DNA of 64,000 nt. Source: Octopus vulgaris (lineage: Eukaryota). The stretch covers positions 107,508,001-107,572,000 of the forward strand of contig OX597821.1 of the NCBI GenBank assembly GCA_951406725.2, in the 5' to 3' direction. Both the position numbers and the translations under genes were made by a program. The notes below the pieces were generated by a model that made no database searches, had not been told where the DNA came from, and saw nothing but the letters and a program-made list of their open reading frames with translations. Positions 28,464 to 41,870 of this stretch are shown in pieces; the first letter of the stretch is position 1, and every line of letters begins with the position of its first letter.

Positions 28464-31400
28464 CATTATTATTATTATTATTAATATTATTATTATTATT
28501 ATTAGTATTAGTATTATTATTATTATTGTTATTAATATTATTATTACTATACCAGCGGGACCCGTGAATATTTCACGGAATCAACGGTAAACCTATTGGG
28601 TTATTTCTGAAAACGTTATCCAAAGCGCCTGAAAGAGTATCCTGTGTCGTGTCTTTATGGAAAGACAGTCGCTCATCTGCTACTCATTGAAAAGTGGAGG
28701 AAATTGGAATACGATGATTACTTAATGAACTTTATATATGCACTTTATACACTTTATCCACAATTTTATAGACTTAATACACAGAACTCATAAAATAAAT
28801 ATTCTCTCTTATTTTGCCATTTTGCCATAAACAAATAACGAAGTTCTGTACACATGTTACAACCTTTAGTTAAATTGCATTTATTTGTCACGTAAATAAG
28901 CGTGAATATTTCACAGAATTGCACTTATGCGCATGCGTTAAGTGAAAGGGGGATATAAAAAAAAGCTTTGTTCAATTTAAAAAGAAAAATACACTGCCAC
29001 CCCTGTGCATATGTATATATAGTATTAATAATCCTCTCTACTGGCGGCACAAGGCCTCAGGTTGTGGGGCGGGGACTAGTCGATTATATTGACCCCCAGT
29101 GTTTCACTGCTACTTATTTTATCAACCCCGGCGGAATTTGAAATATAAAGTATTAATAATGATATGGAGAAGGGAGATTTTTCACTTCCATAGTTTTATT
29201 TAACAGTTATTTACATCATTTTACGGAGCCTACACGTGTTTCAACTGCAGCGACTACACACTGTTGGATATGCAAGCTGATGTTATGGTCGGTGATGTTT
29301 CATTAGGGTCCTTGCCCTCTGCCATTTCGTAGTGAAACTGAATGAGTGAAGTGTTGTATAGGAGGTATGGGTGCCACTGTTAATAGTTGTAGGGATCTCG
29401 ACCAATATATAACTCTCCTCTGGATGCCTGACGAGATAGGTTCGTCCTACGAGCCTAGGAAACTACAAGTTGCTTATAACCGAATGAAAACTGTTATTAA
29501 ATAATATATGTAACTTCTACCAAATGCGTTGAATAGTTCTGCTTTCTTCCATTCGTTCAATGATTTGTATACGTGTGTTTGTGGGTGAGCATGTGTGCTT
29601 GTGTGTGAGCTCTATCAAATGTGAAACCCTCGCTTCTCTTGATTATGTTCTTTTTCATTTCCATATATTTAATTATTAACTGTCTAACTGCCCACTGAAA
29701 TGATTTGTTATTGAAAATATAATTTTACTGACTTTGAACTCATCTGCAGAGGTGAAATATTTTTTGATATTTAATATTTAGTATTTAATAATATAGAAGT
29801 AATTATCAAAAGATATTTCATATGTATAATGAGGTTGATAGTCGAAGAAAAATTATAACAACCTTGTTTAATTATTTTCTTTTTAAAATAAACAGTTAGT
29901 GTCTGTATCGGCAATTAATGAGTTAAAATTGCAATAAATTAAGTTACTGTGAGAAGATCAATACTTGATAATAATTCAATCTCTCTTCTCTCCCATCTCC
30001 TCTCTCACCCCTTTCTTCTTTCCCTTCTTTATTTTGAGTCTGGAGGTTGTGTTATTAGCAGGGCTGGATAAAGACCCATGAAGGCTCTAAACACATAAAA
30101 GATTTTGGTACCCTCCATCATTTACATGTAATTCAAAATATAAACAATAACAAACCATAAAATAGATTTTTTTATTTTTCAAAACGAAACAAAACAGTAA
30201 GAGGGAAAATAATGTTTATTTTTGAATACTTCCATTTTATTTATATTTCAAAAGTTTTATACTTTTTTTTATTGCAAAGTCTTTGATCAGGCTCTCACTA
30301 TGATGCCATGAATACTTCGAAATTATTTCCGATCATATAAACCATTTCGAATATTATCTTAGTAGCTTTAACGTGATCTCTTTTATGCTGTAAATCGTTT
30401 ACCATTTCTATGGTACCTCGACTTAGCTTGATGTCCTAAGCACGAGCTTTTTCTGCTTAATTGTTAATCCAGTGCTGTGTATTACCCATGCTTATTGCAG
30501 ACCGTTCCACACTGGTGTCGTTAATGTTCATTTTAAATCGATGTTGTAGCAAGTAGCCATTTTAAAATAAGGCGCCAATTTGTGGTAGCTGGCAATATGA
30601 CGTAATGTCGTATTGCCGAAGAAATATTATTGTCGTTTTTCCATTGGTTAATATAACTGCTCATACAAGAATACTAAAAGTTACTTAAAGAATATATGTA
30701 TGTAATTTCGATTCTTTTAAGTCAAGTTGAGCAGTAATAAAAACCCTGGATTTTAGGAAGAACGTTAGTGTTTGCTGGATGTAACTAAACTCCACGACAC
30801 TCACTTCTTTGAGACATTGGTGATTTTCATATCATGTCCAAGGAAAATCTAACAAGTCTATTTTGAATTGTTGTGATTCAATGTTAGTTAGATTATGAAT
30901 TAGCTAGTAAAAAATATAGTCGTAATTCTCTAAGACGAAAATTATCTCTCTTTCACCTGTATATAATATAAAATGTTATGTATATAATAAAAACTAATTA
31001 AGAAAATATTTTCTCTTTCTTCACTTCTTCAACTATGTATAAATGTGCATTTCTGTAATTATTAAATTGTATTTTTTTATAGCGGTTAAATGAACACGAA
31101 GATAATATTATACATACATGACGCTAATATTCGTTAGCGTTCGATAAAGTATATTCCTCTATGGCGTTTATATGCTGTAATTCGGATTTGCGTATAATGA
31201 TAACACTTAAGTTATAAGTGACGTTTTAATCATTATATATAAACTTACTTAAAAAGCCAAATAGAATAATCTATTTCCAAATAGGAAACATAATAAATAG
31301 CATTACATTACTGTAAACCAAACTAATTAGAGAATATACGATATAATAAATAACCTAAGAAAAGCAATGGTTGCTTAAAACCGCTAAAATGTTGATCAAC

Positions 31401-34322
31401 ACAGAAAAAACATTGGCGAGCAGGTCATAGAGGGCGCTTTTCTAGGAAGAAAGGACTAAGCATTGTGGTTATGGCGAGGCCGAAGGGATTGGACATCCCA
31501 AAAGTGACGAGAAATGGGAAGACGATTGAATAATGTCGAGTAGTTGAGGTATGAGACTAGCAATCTTCGGGAAACAGAGGCTATTGTTGTAGCAATAGAA
31601 AAAAGAAAACAGAAACCTATGTAAAGAAGACTGGGGGTTAATAATTGAATGCCATTTAATTGAGTGGACCTTATCTGGATGCACTCCACAATATCAGTGT
31701 GCATAGTAACAGCACTGATTCAGAGTAGGGAGAAGTGTTCCACACTCCATTGGCACTCCATCGGTTTACGACAATGAGTTCATTTGATCCTATCAACGGA
31801 ACAGTCTACTCGTGAAATTAATGTGCAAGTGGCTGAGTACTCCACAGACACGTATATTCTTTATGTAGTTCTCAAAGAAATTTAGCGTGACACAGAAATA
31901 TGACAAGGCTGGCCCCTTTGAAATACAAGTGCTACTCATTTTCACCAGCTGAGGGAATTGGAACAACGTGAAATAAAGTGTCTTGTTCAAGAACACAAAA
32001 CACCGTTGAGAATTGAACCGACAACCTTACGGTTGTGAGGCAAATGCCTTTTTCTTTACTACCCACAAGGGTATAAACACAGAGAGGACAAACAAGGACA
32101 GACAGACGGATTAAATCGATTATATCGACTCCAGTGAGTAACTGGTACTTAATTAATCGACCCTGAAAGGATGAAAGGCAAATTCGACCTCGGCGGAATT
32201 TGAACTCAGAACTTAGCGGCAGACGAAATACTGCTAAGCATTTTGCCCGGCGTGCTAACGTTTCTGCCAGCTCGCCGCCTTAATTGTGAGGCAGATACCC
32301 TCACTATTAAGCCATCTGCTTTCAGTAATGTATAGAAAGAAGAGAGGTGAGAACAAGACCGAGGAGAAGACAAAATGAGCTTTTGAGTTTTGGGAGAGTA
32401 TTTTTCCTTGTAGAGTATTGTTTTCTGATGGTAACGAATAAACTGAGAAACAGGACGCTGTATGTTCGCCATCAACAAAAAAGATAACTTTCTCCTAAAA
32501 ACGGAATTCGCTGATTTTTCCCTCTCTTCATTATGACAGACCAACCAAAAAGTTCTTTTTCTCTTTAGGGGTAGGTTGTGATCAATTTCATTGATTCCAG
32601 TTTAATACTGGTACATGCAGAAACGCATGGCGGTGAGAAAGCAGAATCGTTTGCTCCTTGGACAAAATGCTTTGTGGAATTTCTTCCAGCTTTTGACGTA
32701 CTTAGTTCAAATTCTACCGAAGCCAACTTTCTTCTCCCCACTTCGGGGTCTTTCATATGAAGTACTAGTCAAATACTGGAGTCGATGTAATCGACTTGAT
32801 CTTCCTTTCTCTCAAAATTGTCGGCCCTGAATCCTTCAACAGAACAGAGTCCCATTTAGGGGTATTGTTAGGAAATCGATCAATTATATGCCATGGAAAC
32901 CTTATGAGTCCTAAGACTCAGAAAAAAGTAGGAACCACGCATTTTGAATTTGGTGGGGTTTGATCTCTGTATAACGTCAAAAGCTCAATCCAATATTCAA
33001 TCCAACGCCCTCCATCTCCGCAAAACAGTACAAATTATAGTTTTATTTCTTTTTAATCAGAACTTATTAGGATTCATTTGTTGGCTAATACTCATTAAAA
33101 CTAACCAATTATATTTTAAAGAATAATTAGATTTAGACCAATTAAATTTTCACTTTTTCTTTCAAAAATTATTTTAACATTAATATTTTTTTTCAATGTT
33201 TGGTTCAGTTTATTTTCGTGAAATTATACATTAACATATGTCATTAATTTTGTAAAGTCACTTCTAAATCGGTTATATCGATTTTTCGATTAGTTTTTGT
33301 TTCGTCCTGTTTTTTTTTTTGTTTGTTTTTTTGCTTTTCTAGATATAAACGAGAGTCGTAAGTGAAATTATGAACATTTTCAAAGGTTTCGACATGAAAG
33401 ATTATCGCCAGCGATTTGCTAGAAGTGACAGATAGTCCTCCCTTCAAATCAAAAGAAACCCTTAATGTGTCTTAATCCTATTAGGGCACCCAGGCCGATC
33501 GATCAGCCCAAGTGATACAAGCTGAAAGAACTTTGAGGCCGATCCATCAGCCTCATGAAACACACGTTGTGAATGGTTGGCTTTGAAGTGTAACAGCTAA
33601 TCAGAGATCGGTTTTCAGTAGACGTGTCTCAATAGAAAAAAAATTTGGATCTTTTTGGCTACACATACCAAAACACCGTTTGTTTCAAAAGAGTTAAGAC
33701 TTTAGGACAGCGATTTTCAACCGGGGTTTATATGACCCCTAAAGATTCATGTAAGATCTTGTTGTTAAAACTTATGAGCAATAAACTGGTTATACTTCCA
33801 CAATACACAAAGAAACATTCATTTTATTATTTTACTTGTTTCAGTCATTTGACTACGGCCATGCTGGAGCATTGCCTTTAGTCGTGTGAGTATATATATA
33901 TATATATATATATATATAGGAGTCGCTGTGTGGTAAGTAGCTTCTTTACCAACCACATGGTTCCGGGTTCAGTCCCACTGCGTGGCACCTTAGACAAGTG
34001 TCTTCTACTATAGCCTCGGGTCGATCTAAGCCTTGCGAGTGGATTTGCTAGACGGAAACTGAAAGAAGCCCGTCGTATATATACTTATATATGTGTGTGT
34101 GTATGTGTGTGTGTCTGTGTTTGTCCCCCCCAACATCGCTTGACTACTGATGCTGGTGTGTTTACGTCACCGTAACTTAGCAGTTCGGCAAAAGAGACCG
34201 ATAGAATAAGTACTAGGCTTACAAAGAATAAGTCCTGGGTCGATTTGCTCGACTAAAGGCGGTGCTCCAGCATGGCCACAGTCAAATAACTGAAACATGT
34301 AAAAGAGTAAAAAGAGTAAAGA

Positions 34323-34389
<67 letters not shown>

Positions 34390-34681
34390 CACGACGGGTT
34401 TCTTTCAGTTTCCGTCTACCAAATCCAAACACAAGGCTTTGATGCGTCCAAGGCTATAGTAGAAGACCCTTGCCCAAGGTGTCACTCAGTGGGACTGAAC
34501 CCATGTGGTTGGTAAGCAAGCTACTTACCACACAACCACTCCAGTGCCTTACACAATTTAATAATATACACAATCATATATATAACGGGAAGCTTTATGA
34601 AAATAAACAAAAGACGAAGGCAGGTGGAATACAAACAAACAATTGTATTAGTATGGCGCTCATGAATATAAATAAAACAAG

Positions 34682-34719
34682 TCTTTTACGTTTCGAGCCT
34701 ACGCTCTTCAACAGAAAGA
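34682..34719 (-). ncRNA. Variant minimal hammerhead-like motif in a dispersed repeat
   Basis: UCUUU-CUGUUGA-A-GAGC(GUAG)GCUC-GAA-ACGU-A-AAAGA. The core has U instead of A6. Related copies near 34913, 47559 and 12620. Confidence 0.5.
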
Positions 34720-35891
34720 TACACAGAAAAGAAACACGGAGAGAAACAAGGAGAGAAAAAAATGCGTGCAGAAGCTAGCGAATCAACATGGCGATCTATA
34801 TATATATATATATATATATATATCGTTGGAATTCATTAAAAAAAAAAAAGACGAAGACGGATGTGTAAACAACAAACATATGTATTAGTTTAATACTCGG
34901 GAAGTGAGAAAGTCTTTTACGATTCGAGCCTACGCTCTTCAACAGAAAGGAACACAGAAATAATCAGGGAGAAAAAATAGAAAAGGTTTAGTGGCTAGCG
35001 ATCATATCATATACACATTCATACATACATACATACATACATACATGCATATATACATACATGCATACTTACATACATACATTTATACATACATACACAC
35101 ATGCATGCATACATACATACATACATACATGCATGCATGCATGCATACATACATACATACATACATACATACATACATACATGCATGTATATATACATAC
35201 ATGCATACATACATACATACATACATACATTAATACATACATACATACACACATCCATGCATGAATGCATGCATACATACATACATACATACATACATAC
35301 ATACATCCATGCATGAATACATACATACATACATACATACATACATACATACATACATACATACATACATACATACATGCATGCATGCATGCATGCATAC
35401 ATACATATTATTTGTCTTGAGTAAATCATCAATACCGAATTTGAGGGAAAATATTCATTTTCGTTGAAGAAGATTTCGATGTCAAAACACTTTTCTCTCT
35501 CAGCCTTGACTTTTCTTTATATTTTTTTCTATATTTTTGCGTGGGTGGTGACACTTTAGCACTTTTCTTTTATCAATTTTATTTGGCTTTGATTATTTTA
35601 AAAACAAAATATTGATATTATATGAATTCAATAATCAATAATAATGGAGGAAATATACGTGTCAATGTTTAGCTTTTCTCCTGTTGTTGTTATTGACTGT
35701 TTGATTTTAACTCTTCCTCGTCTTTTTTCTTTTTCTTATGTCTTCTCTTTACTTCATACTCATTTTACTACTACTACTGCTACTGCTACTACTACTACTA
35801 CTGCTACTACTGTATCATCCTCACCATCATCATCATCGTCATCAGCGTCCCTGGTGTAGTGCATCACACTAATTTCGCTTATTGCGCGCAC

Positions 35892-35976
<85 letters not shown>

Positions 35977-36192
35977 TTATAAGAGATAATGGTGTCATTG
36001 AGACCCAAAGGGGTCAGGTAATACTGAATAAGTGCTATAGACAGACCATAGTTAAGTTCCAGGTTCGGTAATTTTGCGAATATGGGGTTCAACGTTGGTC
36101 CTATGTCAGCGTGAGTATGTCAGAATTGTTTGCGTAATGAGATTTAAAAAAATCCAAGGCTGTGTAGATATTAGAACATTTATAGATAGAAG

Positions 36193-36244
36193 GTCTTACA
36201 GCTGTTTCCAGGATAGTTATTAATTATATCCCTTCATCAGAAAC
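36193..36244 (-). ncRNA. Type I hammerhead ribozyme motif
   Basis: GUUU-CUGAUGA-A-GGGAUA(loop)UAUCCU-G-GAA-ACAGCUGU-A-AGAC: palindromic stem III, GUA site. Confidence 0.7.
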
Positions 36245-36514
36245 GGTGTGAGAGGATGGTTAAGTCACAGTTAGTTTAGATGTGATACAAAATAGAGAGT
36301 GAGGTGGAGGAAAGAAAATAAATGCCAGATGTGTAGGGATATCCTTACATATCTTGCATTTATTAGATAGACGACTATTATGTTTCCATAATAATACAAA
36401 TTTAATTCAATTAAACGCTAGTGCCATTAAACCAAAGTGCCACGCAACGGATTTAAACTGCCACGTAACGGATTTAAACTGGAACCGTAGCTGCGAACCA
36501 TTTCTACGCCCGTA

Positions 36515-36888
36515 TCTCTATATATATAAACTGCAAAATGTTTGTGTGTGTGTGTGTGTGTATCCTTTATACAAATCCACAAAGTTTCAGTTAGAGGGCT
36601 CGCACTTTCTATGGTCATTCAAAACCGTCCAAGGGTGGTCGTGCACATCTTTACATTTCCCCAGTCATCCCGCAAAGTCATTAAAAAATCAATAGAAGTG
36701 GCTTTTTTGTGAATTTTCTATCCAAAACCCAATCAAAATGCCCGAAACTTGATACGCCAATTGACCGCCAGCTAGCTGTATGTGATTGGTCGGAGTTTTG
36801 GACAGTACTCGCTCGTATGTGCGCACGCACGTAGCTGTATATGCATGCAGTAGCGTTATGACCCGGCGTTGCCGAGTCATAGTGCTAG
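36515..36888 (+). mobile_element. Non-autonomous Helitron-like element
   Basis: A|TC start, subterminal hairpin ATGACCCGGC-GTT-GCCGAGTCAT, CTAG|T end, no TSD. Confidence 0.8.
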
Positions 36889-37019
36889 TGTAACATAAAA
36901 TGCTTCATATTTCCCTTTTGTTTTCCAGTCGATTTTCGCCCTAGTTATATTTGATTTTCATTTTCCTTTCTCTATATTCAGAAGCTGTTTCATTCATATC
37001 TCTTCTTTCTATCATGTAG

Positions 37020-37143
37020 GTACATTGCTATTCGACATCCCTTGAAGGCAAAGTACATATGTACGCTGGTGCATGCGAGGTTAGTGATAATGGGCGTCTG
37101 GATTTTGTCGTTCATCGGATCCCTTCCTGTTTTGTTTGGACAA
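37020..37143 (+). CDS. Class A neuropeptide GPCR, internal exon (ICL2-TM4)
   Basis: Pyrimidine tract, then tgtag|G TAC...CAA|gtaagt. The first G completes AGG (R of ERY). Translates YIAIRHPLKAKYICTLVHARLVIMGVWILSFIGSLPVLFGQ, with conserved TM4 W and P. Confidence 0.94.
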
Positions 37144-37471
37144 GTAAGTAACGAGAAACTTGTAATATCTAATCCTATATTTCGAATTTGTTTCAATTAT
37201 TGGACTGCGGCTATGCTGGGACATCGCCCTGAAGGGTTTAGCCGAATGGGTTTAGCAATATTTTTTTTTCAAATTTGGTACCTATTCTTTCGGTCTCTTT
37301 AAACTAACAGCTAATTTTGATTTATGGGAACACAAACATATCAACACCGGTTTTCAAGCCGTGGTGAGGGACAAAGGCTGACACACACACACACATACAC
37401 CCACACACACATATATACATATATATATATATACATATATTTTTTTTCATTTTCTTTTATTTACTTTTAAT

Positions 37472-37504
<33 letters not shown>

Positions 37505-37831
37505 GGGAGAGAGAGAGGGGAGAGAGAGAGAGAGAGAGAGAGAGAGGCTTCCACAAATTTTCCATCTACCAAACTCAACTACTTTACTCTAAGATCAAAA
37601 AGAGTTTATAAACTTTCGCTTTACCTTTAACATCGATATATATATATATATAAATATATATAGATAAGAAAGTTGGTTTGTGAAAGCACGTGGGTGAATA
37701 TATAGAAAATAGTAAAGAGTGAAAAAACGACAGAAGGCTTAAATGTTAAAAAATATATATATTTGCGTCAATATGTCTGAAGAATATTAGAACATTTTTT
37801 TTTTTTTTTTCTCTTATAATGACATGGAGAA

Positions 37832-38107
37832 ATCTAAATCAAATATCAATTACCAGATAATACTCAATCACATACTTTATTAAACCACCACATAAGAGAC
37901 TGTAGGGTTAAATATAAAAAGCAGAACAAATCAGTGTACGTAAAGGAATGTACATAAAAAAGTGTACATAAAAGAGTAATTTTATGTACATTCCTTTACG
38001 TACACTGATTTGTTCTGCTTTTTATATTTAACCCTACAGTCTCTTATGTGGTGGTTTAATAAAGTATGTGATTGAGTATATTCTGGTAATTGATATTTGA
38101 TTTAGAT
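37832..38107. repeat. Near-perfect inverted repeat, about 128-bp arms with 20-bp spacer
   Basis: 37832-37959 is the reverse complement of 37980-38107. Confidence 0.92.
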
Positions 38108-38303
38108 GTATTTTTTCCATTTTCTTATCTTGTATTAGTAATCTGTGGTAAATCATTTTACCTTTGCCCATATAATACAGTAAATGAATTGATTGCATCG
38201 CAATCATTAACATTTATGTATTAACTTTGTTGGGTACTTCACTAGCAGTATATTGGATATATGTTATCCCATGGAGGGTTGCATTTACAACCCTATCTCA
38301 ATT

Positions 38304-38405
<102 letters not shown>

Positions 38406-38442
38406 CATACATCTATATATATACATACATATATATATATAC

Positions 38443-38479
<37 letters not shown>

Positions 38480-38520
38480 CATACATACATACATATATAT
38501 ATATACATACATATATATAT

Positions 38521-38555
<35 letters not shown>

Positions 38556-39485
38556 CATGCATACATGTATATGTGTGTGTGTGTATGTATGTATGTATGT
38601 ATATTTGATGAAAAGAAGCTTGATAGAAATGAAAGCGAAAGCTTGAAAAACCCACCAATTCTACTGGACGATCCTGTATATAATATGGTGAGAGAGAAAC
38701 AAAAACTGACGGGTGGTCATTTCTGGAATTCTTTTTGTCATCAGTCTATTTCGACAGAGCTGACCTGAGAATGGTCACTGAACAACATCAACATCAACGA
38801 CATGCTTGTGTAGACAATGTGTACATTTTTAAACACGCTATTCAATTCAACCATGTGTTCGAATGCCTTTTGAAGAGAACGCATAATAACAAGGTTTAGG
38901 ACAAAGCGTTTATCACAAGAAACCTTATGTCTGATTACGATGGAAATGCCTTTCTCATTGACGAACTCGAAGTAAATGCATTAACGAAGCTACATAGTTT
39001 GCCGTTGACCGGATGTAATATTATCTCTTCATTCATTCATTCATTTCGTTTCTCGGTTTCCGATGTATCCATCAACAGCACATCTAAAACAATGTTTAGA
39101 CGAACAGGACTGGATGTTGGTTAAAAATTCGGTTAAGAATTTCGTTTAGCAATTACTTGGTTCGTGTTGGAGAGTTAAGATACGCATTACGTATTTATTT
39201 GTTTCTGTTTAAGGTTTAAGCTATTCGTTTCGCAAAACTTTGGCTTCTGTTGAGGAATTAAGACGTTTTCTTTGTAACAATCTCGTTTCTCTTGTGCGGT
39301 TAAGGATTTCACTTCGCAGTGGCATTAAAGTATTTGGTATGCATTATCAGCATCACGCTTTTATACCCAGGCCACATTGTCTCGCTTCAAAATGCTTATT
39401 CATTTAGTTAGAACGGAAGTTAAGCTAATTATATATCTTGAAATATGTGTGACTATGTGCGTGTGAAAAATATAGATAGATAGAT

Positions 39486-39539
<54 letters not shown>

Positions 39540-40441
39540 CATACATACATACATACATACATACATACATACATACATACATACATACGTACATACATAC
39601 ATACATACATACATACATACAAACATACATACGTATATATATGTGTGAGTGTGTGTATATACATACACACACACACACATACACACACATATATAACTAT
39701 AACAATATCTACACAATATATGTAAATATTTATATATTTACATACCTACATGTATATAATGTGTGTGTGTATATATATATATATGTATGTATAGATAAAT
39801 AGATAGATATATGTAGGTGTGTACGTATGTTTGTATGTAAGCATATACATAGGCACAGCTTGACTGTTAGGTAAGAAGCCCGCTCTCCAACAACCTGAAC
39901 CCGGGTTCAGTCCCACTGCGTGGCACCTTGGGCAAGTGTCTTCTACTATAGCCTCGGGACGACCAAAGCCCTGCGAGTTGATTTGGTAGACAGAAACTGA
40001 AAGAAGTCCGCCGTATATACATATGTGTGTGTGTTTTTGTGTATGTGTGTGTGTGTGTGTCTTGTGTTTGTACCCCGGGACCATTTGACAACCGATGTTG
40101 GTATATTTACGTCCCTCTTGTGGTAGCTGTTCGGCAATATAGGAACCGACAAAATAGGTATCAAGTTTAAAAACAACACACTGTGGTCGACTTGTTCGAC
40201 TAAGATGTTCAAAACTTTGCTCCAGCATGGTCGCAGTCAAAGGACAATAAAATATAAGAAACACACAAATATATATATGTATGTATCTATGTATGTGGGT
40301 ATATATACGTGTATGTATGTATGTGTTTGTATGTGTTTATATATATATGTGTGTATGTATGTGTGTATGTATGTGTATATGTATGTGTATATGTATGTAT
40401 GTATGTGTTGGCATGTGTGTATATATGTGTGTATGTATGTG

Positions 40442-40480
<39 letters not shown>

Positions 40481-40550
40481 CGGAGTAAACACATAAATGT
40501 GAAACAAGGCGGAAAAAAGAGTACTCAAATACCAGTGGTAGAGTAATATG

Positions 40551-40705
40551 CTTTATTTTAAGCAGCAGAAAATTCAACAAAATCTGTTACTCTGAGTTTC
40601 TCGTTGCCGTTCATCAGACAGTTTTTGTTCAAAAACTGTCTGATGAACGGCAACGAGAAACTCAGAGTAACAGATTTTGTTGAATTTTCTGCTGCTTAAA
40701 ATAAA

Positions 40706-40706
<1 letters not shown>
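40551..40706. repeat. Perfect palindrome, 77-bp arms with 2-nt loop
   Basis: Centre ...GACAGTTTTTG-TT-CAAAAACTGTC... Confidence 0.95.
40636..40673 (+). ncRNA. Minimal type I hammerhead motif (mirror 40584-40621; relative at 59585-59622 on minus strand)
   Basis: CUGU-CUGAUGA-ACG(GCAA)CGA-GAA-ACUCAGAGU-A-ACAG. GUA site. The stem II closing pair is mismatched. Confidence 0.65.
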
Positions 40707-40757
<51 letters not shown>

Positions 40758-40920
40758 GTATGTATGTATGTATTCGCTAATGACGTATAGTGAGAATGAG
40801 TTCTCAAAGCTGCATTAGTGGGTGCATGTAGTTTTTTGCGGGTTAACATGACTACCGTTGGTTCCATGCCGAAAATATTTCTCTGCGCAGAGGACGTTGG
40901 TACTTGTCTCCATGTTCAAT

Positions 40921-41055
<135 letters not shown>

Positions 41056-41062
41056 TATATAC

Positions 41063-41104
<42 letters not shown>

Positions 41105-41105
41105 A

Positions 41106-41162
<57 letters not shown>

Positions 41163-41265
41163 CAAGGTGCAGAAATGGCGTCTTCCGAATGGACAAGGTA
41201 ATGTAATCCGATGGTAGAAAGAATTCTGCGAATTAGGTACTCCAAAGTCAGTCGGAAATACACAC

Positions 41266-41335
<70 letters not shown>

Positions 41336-41365
41336 GCACACACACACACACATTATCTACACACC

Positions 41366-41443
41366 GAGAGGTGACCTTTGACAGGACGCCTTACATGTTA
41401 GAAAGGGCCAGCATGTAAGACGTCCTGTCAAGGGTCACCTCTC
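41366..41443 (+). other. 78-nt hairpin (pre-miRNA-sized)
   Basis: GAGAGGTGACCTTTGACAGGACGCCTTACATGTT / AGCATGTAAGACGTCCTGTCAAGGGTCACCTCTC. Confidence 0.6.
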
Positions 41444-41540
41444 TATGTATAAAAACTTATATACTCTCTTATATATGAAAATATGTTGCTTATTGATATG
41501 AATAGTATTCTAAATTTTCTACCCTTATAATTTTCACATA

Positions 41541-41604
41541 TGGCGTAGTGGCTAAGAGCGCAGGCTACTAACTCCAATATTCCGAGTTCGATTCCAGGCA
41601 GTGA

Positions 41605-41679
<75 letters not shown>

Positions 41680-41805
41680 GCGCACATATGGTTGTGATGC
41701 ATGTGCCTGGTGTACCCTTATCAGACGGGTAATCATGATGGGTATATTGGGCTTCGTATATTTTACCCCAGTGTCACTTTGATGGCATGAACTGCTCTCT
41801 CACTC

Positions 41806-41870
<65 letters not shown>

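Noticed and set aside
28553-30250. Possible DNA transposon ends (CAGGGG/CAGGGC starts)
   Set aside because: Matching TIRs or TSDs could not be identified.
36438-36481. 21-bp direct repeat TGCCACG(C/T)AACGGATTTAAAC x2
   Set aside because: Only two units, with no evidence of function.
41541-41606. tRNA gene (also at 20417, 22680 and 5880)
   Set aside because: A/B boxes are present, but there is no convincing acceptor stem and they continue into SINE bodies.
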